DNA of 64,000 nt from an uncultured delta proteobacterium. GTDB lineage: Bacteria > Myxococcota_A > Polyangia > Polyangiales > Polyangiaceae. The stretch is from positions 224,001 to 288,000 of the forward strand of contig CAVOKF010000007.1 of assembly GCA_963696385.1 (NCBI GenBank). The letters run 5' to 3'. Below the pieces are notes generated by a model. That model did not search any database. It was given only the letters and a program-made list of their open reading frames with translations, and was not told the DNA's origin. Of the stretch, positions 1-9,868 are shown piece after piece (within the stretch, counting starts at the first letter, position 1; each line of letters opens with the position of its first letter). A program made the position numbers and the translations under genes.

Positions 1-300
1 GGCCACCCGGATGAAGAAACGCTGCTGACGAGCGGTATTCTTCCCCTGAACAGCTGGCAGCACCTCGCCGTCACCCAAGCTGCTGCGACGGCCACCCTCT
101 ATCACAATGGGGCCGCGGTCGTTCAAAGCACAGCTACGACGCTCGATCCGGCGGCCCTGGGCGTCACCACGCAGAACTGGATTGGGCGCTCACAGTACGT
201 CTCGGATCATTATCTCGAGGGGGAGGTCGACGAATTTCGCATTTACAATCGGGCGCTGAGCGCCGCGGAGGTCATGGACCTCTACGTGGAACGAAGGTAA
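1..300 (+). CDS. LamG-like jellyroll domain protein, 3' end only (partial at window edge)
   Basis: Frame 1 reads ...LPLNSWQHLAVT...ATLYHNG...NWIGRSQY..D.YLEGEVDEFRIYNRALSAAEV...* (TAA 298-300), a typical Laminin_G_3 C-terminal pattern. Not in the ORF track because the start lies outside the window. Confidence 0.85.
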   Translation, partial: GHPDEETLLTSGILPLNSWQHLAVTQAAATATLYHNGAAVVQSTATTLDPAALGVTTQNWIGRSQYVSDHYLEGEVDEFRIYNRALSAAEVMDLYVERR

Positions 301-593
301 GGCGCCCCGCCGAGTGCGCCTGTCCCGATATCCGGGCGACACGCGCGTGTGCTTCTTCACGTCCACCGCGGCACTCCAGGCCGAGCGCACGCACGCCGTC
401 GCGGAAGTCGCCCGCGTCGCCATACCGGCAATGGGGGTCTCGTCCTAACGAACAGCGAGTCGTACGCATCGCCGTTTGAAACGGTCCTACGGGTATGGGC
501 TGGCGACCAGTCGGGAAGCATCTGGGGTGTGTCCCACCGCCGCTTCCCCGTGAAGTCGTGAAATCGAGTGCAATGGCTTCCGCTCCGCTGGTG

Positions 594-609
594 AGGCAAT
601 CTAGTTGCT
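594..609 (+). promoter_or_regulatory. possible sigma54 (-24/-12) promoter
   Basis: AGGCAATCTAGTTGCT has GG-N10-GC spacing with TTGC at -12, about 50 bp upstream of the next CDS. First base deviates from the TGGCAC consensus. Confidence 0.3.
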
Positions 610-659
610 AACCGTCTTGGGCTCCGTTTGGAGCCAAGCACTCGCGATTCGTCCTGGCT

Positions 660-1502
660 GTGACCCGTCTTGACCTCCCACGCTCACGCTTTGCCACGAT
701 GGACGAGCCGTGGCTGGCGGCGCGTCGTCACTCTCGTTCGGCCTCTGAGCAGGTGTACGCAATCCTCGGACTCCTCGGAGCCATCGTAGTCGTCGTCCTG
801 GGCGACGCCGCGGCTCGCGCTCAGTCCGGACCCGAAGGCGACGCCAGCGCGGTGGGCGCGGCCGATTGGCGTGAGCAGGTCGCTCGCCTCGAGGCCGGAT
901 ACCGCGGCGTCGTCCTCACTCGGTTTGCGCCAGACGAATACCTTTCTGGCCCTTCGCTGACCGTTTCGCGCACCGTCTATGCGCAAGGCCCCTTTGCCTT
1001 CGCACCCGGCATTTCATGGGACTACGGTGCCGTCACCTTTGGCCGCATCAATTACGACTACGAGGCAACGGCGCTTCACGTAAACCGATTCATGCTGCCT
1101 CTCGAGGCACGCATGCACTTCGGGCCCTGGGGATACGTGTTTGCGCGCGTGGCCCCGGGTCTTGCATGGAATCATGCCGAAGCCCGTGAGTCGGTGACGG
1201 TCGACACACTCGCGGGCCCGGTCGTCATTGCGCCAGCGCCGTTGAAGACGTCACTCTGGGTGTTCACTGTGGATGCGAGCGCCGGCTATACGATCCCCGT
1301 TGCGCCGCTTCCCAATCGCCCCGGACGATCCATGCGAGTGTGGCTCCAGGGCGACGTGGGGTATTCGTGGGTCGCCAACGAGAATCTGATCCTCGCGCCC
1401 GCGACGTCGGTCGAAGAGCCCACGACCCCAGGTCTCGCCCTGTTGTGGCTCGGGGCTCTGCGTGGCCCATTTTTCCGATTTGCGTTCGCCGTCAGCTACT
1501 GA
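660..1502 (+). CDS. putative outer-membrane beta-barrel protein (hypothetical)
   Basis: Hydrophobic signal-like segment ending AARAQ, alternating amphipathic strands, C-terminal FRFAFAVSY resembling a beta-signal. Start uncertain. Confidence 0.55.
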   Translation: MTRLDLPRSRFATMDEPWLAARRHSRSASEQVYAILGLLGAIVVVVLGDAAARAQSGPEGDASAVGAADWREQVARLEAGYRGVVLTRFAPDEYLSGPSLTVSRTVYAQGPFAFAPGISWDYGAVTFGRINYDYEATALHVNRFMLPLEARMHFGPWGYVFARVAPGLAWNHAEARESVTVDTLAGPVVIAPAPLKTSLWVFTVDASAGYTIPVAPLPNRPGRSMRVWLQGDVGYSWVANENLILAPATSVEEPTTPGLALLWLGALRGPFFRFAFAVSY

Positions 1503-1924
1503 ACGGGCTTTGAACAGACGCAGCGTCTTGGCTAGTTTGCCGATCCGCCGAAAATTCGCTGCGGGGGACAGCGCTGTATTCGCGCACGGTGTTCGCCGTC
1601 GTGGCCTTACTCGCCGCCGCAGGGGCCGACTGTTTCGCTCGCGACGGTCGTTGCACACACCGAGACCGCCTTGCTCCGACACGCACTCACCGTGCTGCAC
1701 CGGTCGGTCACCCGACCGCACGTGACGGGGCTCGACGGATCGTCCTAGCGGCACCCGCCGCCATCACGCCCACACGTTATCCTTGGAACGGCGAAGCGAT
1801 TGGAGCGTGTCGGCCGACGAGAGCCGAAACCGCGCCGTTGGGTGCCTGCCTAACGGCCGAGTGGTTACCAACCGCGTGAACGGATGGGAATGTTGCGCGA
1901 GAGCAAGTCGCAGGAGACGGACGG

Positions 1925-3562
1925 ATGAGCTCACGTGTTCGCGTCCTGATGGTTGGTTTGGGCTTGGCGAGCGCCGTCGTGTCGTGCGGATCGTCCGGCA
2001 ACGGCGCGGCCACGTCAGACGGTGGGTCGGAGTCGGCCTCCGCCTCGGCCGACTCCGACGGCAGTACCGGTACCAGCGTCATGCCCTCTGAAGCAACGTC
2101 GGACAGCGCCGCCCCCTCGAACGACGCGACGGCGTCGGACACCGTCGCCTCCTCGAGCGACGCCTCGGCGTCGGGTAGCTCCTCCTCCTCGAACAGCGCC
2201 GCTTCCTCGAACAGCTCCGCGTCGTCGGGTAGCGCCCCGGAGTCCGGCATCGACGCAGGAGCGGATGCGGTCGCTGCACCGGGGATCGATGCGACGACGG
2301 ATGCCCCGGTCCACGACGCGTCGGACCCACCAGACGTCTCGCAGAGCACAACCCCCGATTCTGCGCCGGCGCCCGCCGGGGGGGCGGCCTTGCTGGCCAC
2401 TGGCGATACCCGAAGCGTGACCGAACCCACTTATCCAGCCGTCTGCTCCACGCTAAGCGCACAGTTCACGATAAGCGATCGGAGTTCGCCTCCGAGCAGC
2501 GACGACACCGACCGGATCCAGGCCGCGTTGACCGCGTGTGAGGGGACCGGGCAAAGCGTCGTCCTCGCGATGTCCGGAACGAACGACGCGTTTTACTCGG
2601 GCACGCTCACCGTCAACGGAGAAGCCCTCGTCGTCGACGCAGGAGTGACGCTCTTTGGAAACAACAGTTACACGGGCGAGCTCCTCGCCATACGAGGGGT
2701 GAACTCCGCTCTCATGGGACCGGGCTCGGTGGATGGGCGGGGAGATCTCATCAGCGGCATCCCGCGCCTGATTCAGGCCAGTAATATCACCAACTTTACC
2801 GTATATAACGTGACGATCGAGCACTCGGGGAAGGAGCACCTTTATGTTCAGGGCGGAAACGGCTTCACGGCATGGAATCTGACGGTCGCGACACCCGCGA
2901 ACACCAAGAACACGGACGGGATCGACATCGACAGCCTCACGAATGCCACCGTCTACGGCTCGTCGATTTCGGATGGGGATGACGGCATTGCCATCAAGAC
3001 GAACGCGGCCGCCACGTCGAATATCACCGTCGAGAACAACACATTCCACGGCACGCACGGCATGTCCATCGGCAGTCAGACGTTCGACGGCGTCGTCAAC
3101 GTACTCTGGAAAGGCAATACCGTGTACGGCACTGACCCATGGGGGAACACTTCGACGAACAACAACGGCATCAACATCAAGACGGATGTGGACTGCGGCG
3201 GAACGGTTCGTCAGGTAACTTACCTGGACACGTGCATGACCGGGGTGAAGCATCTTCTCGTCTTCAACACCAGCTACGGAAGCTGCACCGGCACGATGGG
3301 CACCCCGTACTTCACGGACATCGTCGTCGATGGGGTATACGGAACGGACTCGGCCTCGGGCGCCTATTCTGAATTCGAAGGATACAGCGCCGCCTTTCCG
3401 CTCGGCCTCACACTGGAAAACGTGAACCTCGATGTCACGACGCAGCAAAACTCGCAGTACGCCAACGTCGCCCTTTACCAATCCAACCTCATTCCGTCGG
3501 GAACCGGCGTAGTGACACAACAGCGTACGGGAAGCGGGTCCGTCCCTACGTGCTCGTTCTGA
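1925..3562 (+). CDS. glycoside hydrolase family 28 (polygalacturonase-like) lipoprotein with Ser/Ala-rich linker
   Basis: Lipobox-like AVVSC, long low-complexity linker, GH28 motifs NTDGID, GDDGIAIK, HGMSIGS, GINIKT. Confidence 0.9.
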   Translation: MSSRVRVLMVGLGLASAVVSCGSSGNGAATSDGGSESASASADSDGSTGTSVMPSEATSDSAAPSNDATASDTVASSSDASASGSSSSSNSAASSNSSASSGSAPESGIDAGADAVAAPGIDATTDAPVHDASDPPDVSQSTTPDSAPAPAGGAALLATGDTRSVTEPTYPAVCSTLSAQFTISDRSSPPSSDDTDRIQAALTACEGTGQSVVLAMSGTNDAFYSGTLTVNGEALVVDAGVTLFGNNSYTGELLAIRGVNSALMGPGSVDGRGDLISGIPRLIQASNITNFTVYNVTIEHSGKEHLYVQGGNGFTAWNLTVATPANTKNTDGIDIDSLTNATVYGSSISDGDDGIAIKTNAAATSNITVENNTFHGTHGMSIGSQTFDGVVNVLWKGNTVYGTDPWGNTSTNNNGINIKTDVDCGGTVRQVTYLDTCMTGVKHLLVFNTSYGSCTGTMGTPYFTDIVVDGVYGTDSASGAYSEFEGYSAAFPLGLTLENVNLDVTTQQNSQYANVALYQSNLIPSGTGVVTQQRTGSGSVPTCSF

Positions 3563-3850
3563 CACGAGCGCCGCTGAGCGTGCGCGTGCTCGGTGCGATG
3601 CTTCACGACCTTCCCGGTTCGAGCCACGGGTAGCGACGTCGCTCTCCTCGCGTCCGCTCGGCGAGATGAGCGAGGCGGCGCACCCCGACGCGCTACTCGA
3701 GGCGCTGCCGCTCGACCAAATCTGCCTTCCGGCCCGTCCAGAGACAGGCGGGAAGCGCTGCAACGCTTCGCTCGACGATCGACCTCCGGTCGATCGCGAA
3801 TGCACCTGAGCGTATGGTAGCCTCTAGGAGGCCGAATCGCGTGGGTGCGC

Positions 3851-4636
3851 ATGTCCAGGGACTTCTCCACGATCTCGCCTTCGGCGAAGTCGCTGCTCAT
3901 GGTGAAAGCGCAGACGTCGCTGCCCTTCGCGCGCCAAGCCGCCGAGCTTCTCTGCGGCGCAAGCGCCGTGGAGCAGGCCGCGCGCGAGATGGCCTCGACC
4001 CCCTGGGGCGTCGGCAGGACGCACCACTTCGAACGGCGTGCTCGGAGCATCGATGCAGCCATCGAGGGGCTCGGCTCGACGCGCATCTTGGAACTCGCCG
4101 CCGGCCTCTCCTTTCGCGGGCTGGACATGGCTGCACGGCGCGACCCCGTGTTCTACGTGGACACGGACCTGCCCGAGATGATCGCGATGAAGACGGACCT
4201 CGTGCGGCGCCTGCATCCTGAACCGCTTCGGGGCACGCTCCTCGTGAAACCGTTGAACGCGCTTGATGCGGACGCGTTCCGCGCGTGCGTCGACCTGCTG
4301 CCCGCCGGCCCCATCGCCGTCGTGCAGGAGGGGTTGCTCATGTACCTCGACGACGCGGAGAAGGCAGCACTCGCGGGACATGTGCGGGCGGCTCTGCTTG
4401 CATGCGGTGGCTCGTGGGTCACCGCCGACGTGTACGTGCGCAGCGCGGTTCAGCCGCAGCGAGACGAACGCGCCGCCAAGTTCCTGGAAGCGCATAAGGT
4501 CGAGGAGAAGAAGTTCGGCGACTTCGCAGCCGCGAGCACATTCTTCCAGGCGAACGGATTTGCGGTCCTCCAGCGTCTCGCGCCGGCAGCCGACCCATGG
4601 CCAGTTCGCCAGACGTGGGTGCTCGAAGCGAGGTAG
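3851..4636 (+). CDS. class I SAM-dependent methyltransferase (LCM/O-methyltransferase-like)
   Basis: ILELAAGLSFRG, YVDTDLPEMIAMK and EGLLMYL motifs. Confidence 0.8.
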   Translation: MSRDFSTISPSAKSLLMVKAQTSLPFARQAAELLCGASAVEQAAREMASTPWGVGRTHHFERRARSIDAAIEGLGSTRILELAAGLSFRGLDMAARRDPVFYVDTDLPEMIAMKTDLVRRLHPEPLRGTLLVKPLNALDADAFRACVDLLPAGPIAVVQEGLLMYLDDAEKAALAGHVRAALLACGGSWVTADVYVRSAVQPQRDERAAKFLEAHKVEEKKFGDFAAASTFFQANGFAVLQRLAPAADPWPVRQTWVLEAR

Positions 4637-4798
4637 CGGCCGGCCGCGCAGCGCATTGGGGGCGTTCGTTGCTCTCGCGGGGGACACCTTCCACGCTTCA
4701 GCGTGCAAGGCTCAAATCGGTTCGCCGTTTTAGCTTTAGCGACAACGAGGTACAGGCCCACCCCATCGCTTCGGGATGCCACCTGCTAGCCTTCTTGA

Positions 4799-5644
4799 AT
4801 GCGTCTTGCCCTTTCCTTCTTTGCGGCAGCCGCCGTGCTTGCGGGGTGCTCGGCCTCGCCCGGCCCGCCGGCCGAGACCGATTGCAACCCGCTCGCAACA
4901 CACCCCACCACGCTGGCGACGATCTTGGGCGTGGGCAAGGATCAAGGCGGCACGCTGTATGCGGCGGATCAAGGCGGGGTCGCCGCCGAGCCATCCATTG
5001 TCCGGGTGTTCGTAGCGAATGCGGGTTCGCTCGTCCGTCAGGACGTGATTGGGGCTGGCTCCATCGGGAGCAGCGAGGATATCGAGACATTCGAGAGCCC
5101 GGACGATTTGACACCACCACGGGATCTCGCCATTCAAATCGCAGGCGACAAAGCCACGTCCATGACGCTCGGCCCCGAGGGCTCCGCCAAGGCTGACCTC
5201 GAAGGAATCGACGCAGGTGCAGCCATGGCACTCACCCTCGTCGCCGACGACGCCGTGCAGGGGCTACCCGCGATTGATTTGCCGGGGGCCGTGAGCTATG
5301 TCGCGGACGCCGCCGATGGGGAGGCCATCGTCGTGACGGCCCCGCTGGAAAACGATCTCGGGAGCGCGGCGTTCCATCTTTTCTACGGAACGCCGGGCGC
5401 CATGGTTGAGCGACGCATCGTAGATTTCGACCAGTCGCTCAGTGGCTATCCAACGATACGGTTCGCCGTCGGATCCCAGACCTACGTAATGGCCATCTCG
5501 TCGGTTCCCTTCGACGGTGGCTTCGGGGAGGCCCCCGGGCCCGTAACCCTCGTCACCGGCGACGGCGGCGGCGTCACATTCACCCTGCGCCTGCCGACGC
5601 CAACGACTCTCGCCAGCTTCACCTTCACCTGCCTCGAGAACTAG
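4799..5644 (+). CDS. hypothetical lipoprotein
   Basis: Canonical lipobox LAGC after a hydrophobic leader. Confidence 0.7.
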   Translation: MRLALSFFAAAAVLAGCSASPGPPAETDCNPLATHPTTLATILGVGKDQGGTLYAADQGGVAAEPSIVRVFVANAGSLVRQDVIGAGSIGSSEDIETFESPDDLTPPRDLAIQIAGDKATSMTLGPEGSAKADLEGIDAGAAMALTLVADDAVQGLPAIDLPGAVSYVADAADGEAIVVTAPLENDLGSAAFHLFYGTPGAMVERRIVDFDQSLSGYPTIRFAVGSQTYVMAISSVPFDGGFGEAPGPVTLVTGDGGGVTFTLRLPTPTTLASFTFTCLEN

Positions 5645-5711
5645 TGAGCGTGGTGATCCGAGAGTGAGCTTCTTGTACGTTCTCGGGCGGTAAGGACGGG
5701 CGCCAGCGGCA

Positions 5712-8711
5712 ATGACCCCTTCGCAATGGCCCTCCGGTCCGCTCCACCCGGCTCAGCGTCGCTACCTCGCCGAGGACCTCATGCGGCGCCGGCGTTCCGA
5801 CGAACAGCGGCGGTACGCTGCGCCGCAGCGCGCGGCGAAGATCGACGCGAACCCGCACCAGGTCGCAGCCGTCATCTTTGCTCTCGCGCGCGTTCGCGAA
5901 GGGGGCTGCATTTTGGCCGACGAGGTCGGGCTCGGTAAGACGATCGAAGCGGGTCTCGTCATCGCCCAGCTCCTCGCCGAAGGCGCCCGTCGCGTCCTCT
6001 TGGTCGCGCCCAAGCCGCTTCTCGGGCAGTGGGGGCAGGAACTGTTCCAGCTCTTCGACATCCAGGTGCGAGAAGGACAGGCGCGGCCGGGCGGGTTCGA
6101 CGGGGATGGAGTATTTCTGGTGGGCCGCGAGACCGCCGGCAGCGAGAGAGGACGCGACGCTTTACTGGCCGCCGAGCCTTTCGATCTGTGCGTCATCGAC
6201 GAGGCACACGAGATCTTTGCCGGAGTCTACAAGCGCTTCGACAAGTTCGGCGCGTACGTCGACGATGCCCTTCAGGCCCGAACGGCCGGGCGCGTGCGCG
6301 AGACCCTGCTTGCGTCACGCACGCCCGTCCTGCTGCTGACGGCGACCCCGATTCAGAACAGCCTGACGGAACTCTGGGGACTCATTCAATACGTGGATCC
6401 CCTGGGAACCCTGCTCGGAGATCTGCCGACCTTCCGGGCCGTTTTCTGCGGGGCCGACGATCGCCACCTCGCTCCGGGCCAGGAGCAAGAGCTGAGAAGT
6501 CGGATCCGCGGGGTCCTGCAGAGGACCTTGCGCCGTCAGGCGCAGGATTTTCTCGAGAAACCGTTCGTCAGTCGGGAGGCGCGGTTGTTCGAGTACGCGA
6601 TGAGTCCGAGAGAGCGCGGACTCTACGACGACGTGACCCGCTATCTCTTGCAGCCCGGGATCCTGGCGTTCGAGGGGAGCCACCGGCAGCTGCTGCTTCT
6701 TGGGTTTCACCGACGGATGGCGTCGTCCACGCGGGCGCTCGCGGCGAGTCTCGAGCGCGTTGCGGCTCGCCTTCGCCGGATGCTCGCAGGTGACGACACC
6801 CCGAGCGGAGCCGACGAGGATCTTCGCAGTGTGGTCGCCGACCTGGAGGGCGAAGACCTCGACATTCGGGACGAAATCTCGGCGAGCCCGAGCGACGTGG
6901 ACTCGAGAACGCGCGCTCCGGACCCGGAAGCGGTCCGTCAGGAACTGCACCGCGTCGAGAGCTTCATCGAGCGCGCCCAGTCGCTCGAGGGCGAAGACAG
7001 CAAGTTTCGAGCTCTCCTCCAAGCGTTGCACTTCGTGACCGAGCGAGCCGAGAAGGGTCAAGGCACCGCCAAGATCGTCATCTTCACCGAGTCGCTCGTC
7101 ACCCAGGACTACTTGCGCACTCGTCTGATGGAAAGCCGTTTGGTCACCGATGCCGAGATCACCCTGTTCCGGGGCACCAACGACTCCAAACGCGCGCAGG
7201 CCGCGCTCGAGCGATGGCGCCAGGAGGTTCCGCAAGACGAAGGACTCCATCCAAGCCTCGACATCGCGACGCGGCTCGCGCTCGTGCACGAATTCAAGAC
7301 GCGCCCGAAGGGCGTCTTCATCTCGACCGAGGCGGGCGGCAAGGGACTGAACCTGCAGTTCTGCGACACGATCGTGAACTACGATTTGCCGTGGAACCCT
7401 CAGCGCATCGAGCAGCGGATCGGCCGCTGTCACCGCTACGGACAGCAGAGCGGCGTGACGGTCATCAATTTCCTCGCCAAGGACAACGAAGCGCAGCGGC
7501 TCACGTTCGAAATTCTCAGCCAGAAGCTCGAACTGTTCGGCACCGTGCTCGACGCGTCCGACCAGGTGCTGCACCGGTCCGACGCGGCTCGGGGCGAAGT
7601 GCTCGTCAGCGCGCTCGGCGCCGAATTCGAAGCGGAGTTGCGTCGGATCTACGAGCGGGCCCGGTCGCTCGACGAGGTCGCGGCGGAGCTCCGTGCGCTG
7701 CGCGACCGAGTGGCTGAAGAGCGCCGGCGCTTCGAGGAGACGCACGATCGCACCGCCAGCCTCATCGAGGAGCATCTCGACGAGGATCTGCGGCGGGTTT
7801 TCCGTTCGCACAAGCAGGACTTGCCTCGCGCCCTTGCGGATCTCGACCGACATCTGCTGACGGTCGTGCTCGGGTATCTCGACAGCACGTCGATTGCCTA
7901 CGAGCGCGTGAAGCTTGGCGAGGACGATCTGTTGCGCATCGGGCCGGATCCGAGTCTACCGAGCGACTTGTGCGAGGGAATCACCGCGGCCGTCGGCGCT
8001 TCGAAGGAACACGCCTCGCTGCACCTGCGCCACCCCCTGGTCGTCGCCGCCGTGGCCGAGGCGCGTGCATCGACGTCGCCGATGGCGGCGACCGTCGCTT
8101 TGGCCCGCGGCGCGCCGCAGGCTTTGCGCCGGCTTGCGGGCAAACGCGCGCGGCTGCGACTCGTCAAGGTGTCCTTCGATGGCTTCGAGTCCATCGAGCA
8201 GCTCGTGCCGGTCGTCGTACTGGAGGGCGGCGAAAGGATCGGCGTCGCCGAGGGCGACGCGTTGCTGCGAGCGAGCATGCGGGAATCCGTCGTGGCCAAC
8301 CTCTCGATCGAAGAAGACATGGTCGCGGATGCGACCGACGAAACGCTCTTCGATCTTCTCTCGTCGGTCGACGCCGCGGAGCACGGGCGATTCGAAGGCG
8401 CGCAGCGGCAGGCCGAGCGCTTTCTCGACGATCGGCTCCTGGTGCTGCGCAGACGCCGGGGGATTCTCGCGGAACGGCTCAGGGAGGCGAAGCGCAAGCG
8501 AGACGGTGCGACCGGGTCCGAATCGCGGTCGGAGGCAGAAGTCGCTCTCGCGGCCGCCGAGGTCGCGCTCGAAGAGGTCGAGGCCGCGATCGATCGGCTC
8601 GAGCAGCATGACGACGACACGTTTCGAGCGTTCCAAGAACACATCCATCAGCGCCGCTATTCGCAGCCGCGCGTGGACCACCTTTTCGATCTCGATCTGG
8701 TGATCGAATGA
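5712..8711 (+). CDS. SNF2-family (SF2) helicase/ATPase, 999 aa
   Basis: PHQ, LADEVGLGKT, DEAH, TATP, KIVIFTES, STEAGGKGLNLQ, NYDLPWNPQRIEQRIGRCHRYGQ motifs; coiled-coil C-terminus. Confidence 0.95.
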   Translation: MTPSQWPSGPLHPAQRRYLAEDLMRRRRSDEQRRYAAPQRAAKIDANPHQVAAVIFALARVREGGCILADEVGLGKTIEAGLVIAQLLAEGARRVLLVAPKPLLGQWGQELFQLFDIQVREGQARPGGFDGDGVFLVGRETAGSERGRDALLAAEPFDLCVIDEAHEIFAGVYKRFDKFGAYVDDALQARTAGRVRETLLASRTPVLLLTATPIQNSLTELWGLIQYVDPLGTLLGDLPTFRAVFCGADDRHLAPGQEQELRSRIRGVLQRTLRRQAQDFLEKPFVSREARLFEYAMSPRERGLYDDVTRYLLQPGILAFEGSHRQLLLLGFHRRMASSTRALAASLERVAARLRRMLAGDDTPSGADEDLRSVVADLEGEDLDIRDEISASPSDVDSRTRAPDPEAVRQELHRVESFIERAQSLEGEDSKFRALLQALHFVTERAEKGQGTAKIVIFTESLVTQDYLRTRLMESRLVTDAEITLFRGTNDSKRAQAALERWRQEVPQDEGLHPSLDIATRLALVHEFKTRPKGVFISTEAGGKGLNLQFCDTIVNYDLPWNPQRIEQRIGRCHRYGQQSGVTVINFLAKDNEAQRLTFEILSQKLELFGTVLDASDQVLHRSDAARGEVLVSALGAEFEAELRRIYERARSLDEVAAELRALRDRVAEERRRFEETHDRTASLIEEHLDEDLRRVFRSHKQDLPRALADLDRHLLTVVLGYLDSTSIAYERVKLGEDDLLRIGPDPSLPSDLCEGITAAVGASKEHASLHLRHPLVVAAVAEARASTSPMAATVALARGAPQALRRLAGKRARLRLVKVSFDGFESIEQLVPVVVLEGGERIGVAEGDALLRASMRESVVANLSIEEDMVADATDETLFDLLSSVDAAEHGRFEGAQRQAERFLDDRLLVLRRRRGILAERLREAKRKRDGATGSESRSEAEVALAAAEVALEEVEAAIDRLEQHDDDTFRAFQEHIHQRRYSQPRVDHLFDLDLVIE

Positions 8712-9868
8712 CCGGCGGCGGGGAGGACGACATCGTGCTGAAGCTTCTTCACACTGCAGACTGGCATCTGGGCAGGCGGTTCCGCAGCTTCCGGGAGGAC
8801 CAGGCCATCAAGCTTTCGAGGGCCCGGCTCGATGTTCTCGACCGAATTTTCCTTGCGGCCGAGCGCTCCGCGGTCGACGCTGTGCTTTGCGCCGGCGACC
8901 TGTTCGACGAGCCCAACCCGGAGCCGGAGTGGTGGGAGCAGGTCGCGCTGCGGCTGGAAAAGCGCAAGTGGGACCATCGTCCCGTGTTTCTCTTGCCCGG
9001 CAACCACGATCCGCTCGTTGCCGACTCGGTCTGGGCCAAGGAGGCCTTTCGCAAGCGTCTGCCCGAATGGGTCCACATCGTCGACCGGGAGGACTTCGAG
9101 TTTCCGCTTTCGAATCGCGCCGTGCTCTACGCGGTGCCCTGCGCATCCCCGGCTGGGGCGCGCGACCCGACCCAGTCCATCCCCCAACGCGCGCCCGGCG
9201 ACGATCGCATCCGGATCGGCATGGTGCACGGCAGCACGTTCGACGCGAACGACTGGCAGCGCAATTTCCCGATCGCGGCCGATGCGGTGCTGTCCCGCGG
9301 TCTGGACTATCTCGCGATTGGCGACACGCACGGATTTCGGTTCGTTCCGCCCGACCGAAAGCATCCCCCGACGATCTACCCGGGCACCCCGGAGCCAACC
9401 GCTTTCGACGAGAAGGATCCGGGCTCGGTCGCCGTGGTCTTCATCAACCGGCAGCGGCTCGCCACGGTGCGGGCCGAACGCGTCGCGCGCTGGACGTGGG
9501 AGGAGGTATGGGTGCGCTCGCCCGCCGAAATGCGCGCTCTCGGCAAGCGAACGGATTTGGCGGATCGGGTCCTCCGGCTCCGCGTCGAAATGCGGGTGTC
9601 GGCGCCCGAGTACGAGGAGATGGAGCGGCTCTTCGAGGATCTTCAGGGAACGATCGCCAGGAGCGGCACAGTCGGCGTTTTGGACCTCGATCGGCAAGGC
9701 CTCGAGCTCGAGACGGCAGACGTCGAACGCTACTGCGACGACCTGCCGGACGTCCTGCAGTCGACGGTGCGAAGGCTCAAGATCGCGGCCGACGACCCGC
9801 TGCAGCGGTCGGTCGCGCAGCGTGCGCTTTATCACCTCTACCGGGTCTCTCGGAAGAAGGCCTCCTGA
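8708..9868 (+). CDS. Mre11/SbcD-like metallophosphoesterase DNA nuclease
   Basis: HTADWHLG, AGDLFD, PGNHD, VHGS, GDTH and YPGTPEP motifs; ATGA overlap with the helicase stop. Confidence 0.92.
   Translation: MTGGGEDDIVLKLLHTADWHLGRRFRSFREDQAIKLSRARLDVLDRIFLAAERSAVDAVLCAGDLFDEPNPEPEWWEQVALRLEKRKWDHRPVFLLPGNHDPLVADSVWAKEAFRKRLPEWVHIVDREDFEFPLSNRAVLYAVPCASPAGARDPTQSIPQRAPGDDRIRIGMVHGSTFDANDWQRNFPIAADAVLSRGLDYLAIGDTHGFRFVPPDRKHPPTIYPGTPEPTAFDEKDPGSVAVVFINRQRLATVRAERVARWTWEEVWVRSPAEMRALGKRTDLADRVLRLRVEMRVSAPEYEEMERLFEDLQGTIARSGTVGVLDLDRQGLELETADVERYCDDLPDVLQSTVRRLKIAADDPLQRSVAQRALYHLYRVSRKKAS

Noticed and set aside
8887..9867. N-terminal extension of the 1440-aa ORF
   Set aside because: Off-frame overlap with the nuclease gene. 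The ATPase fold begins at ATG 9868.
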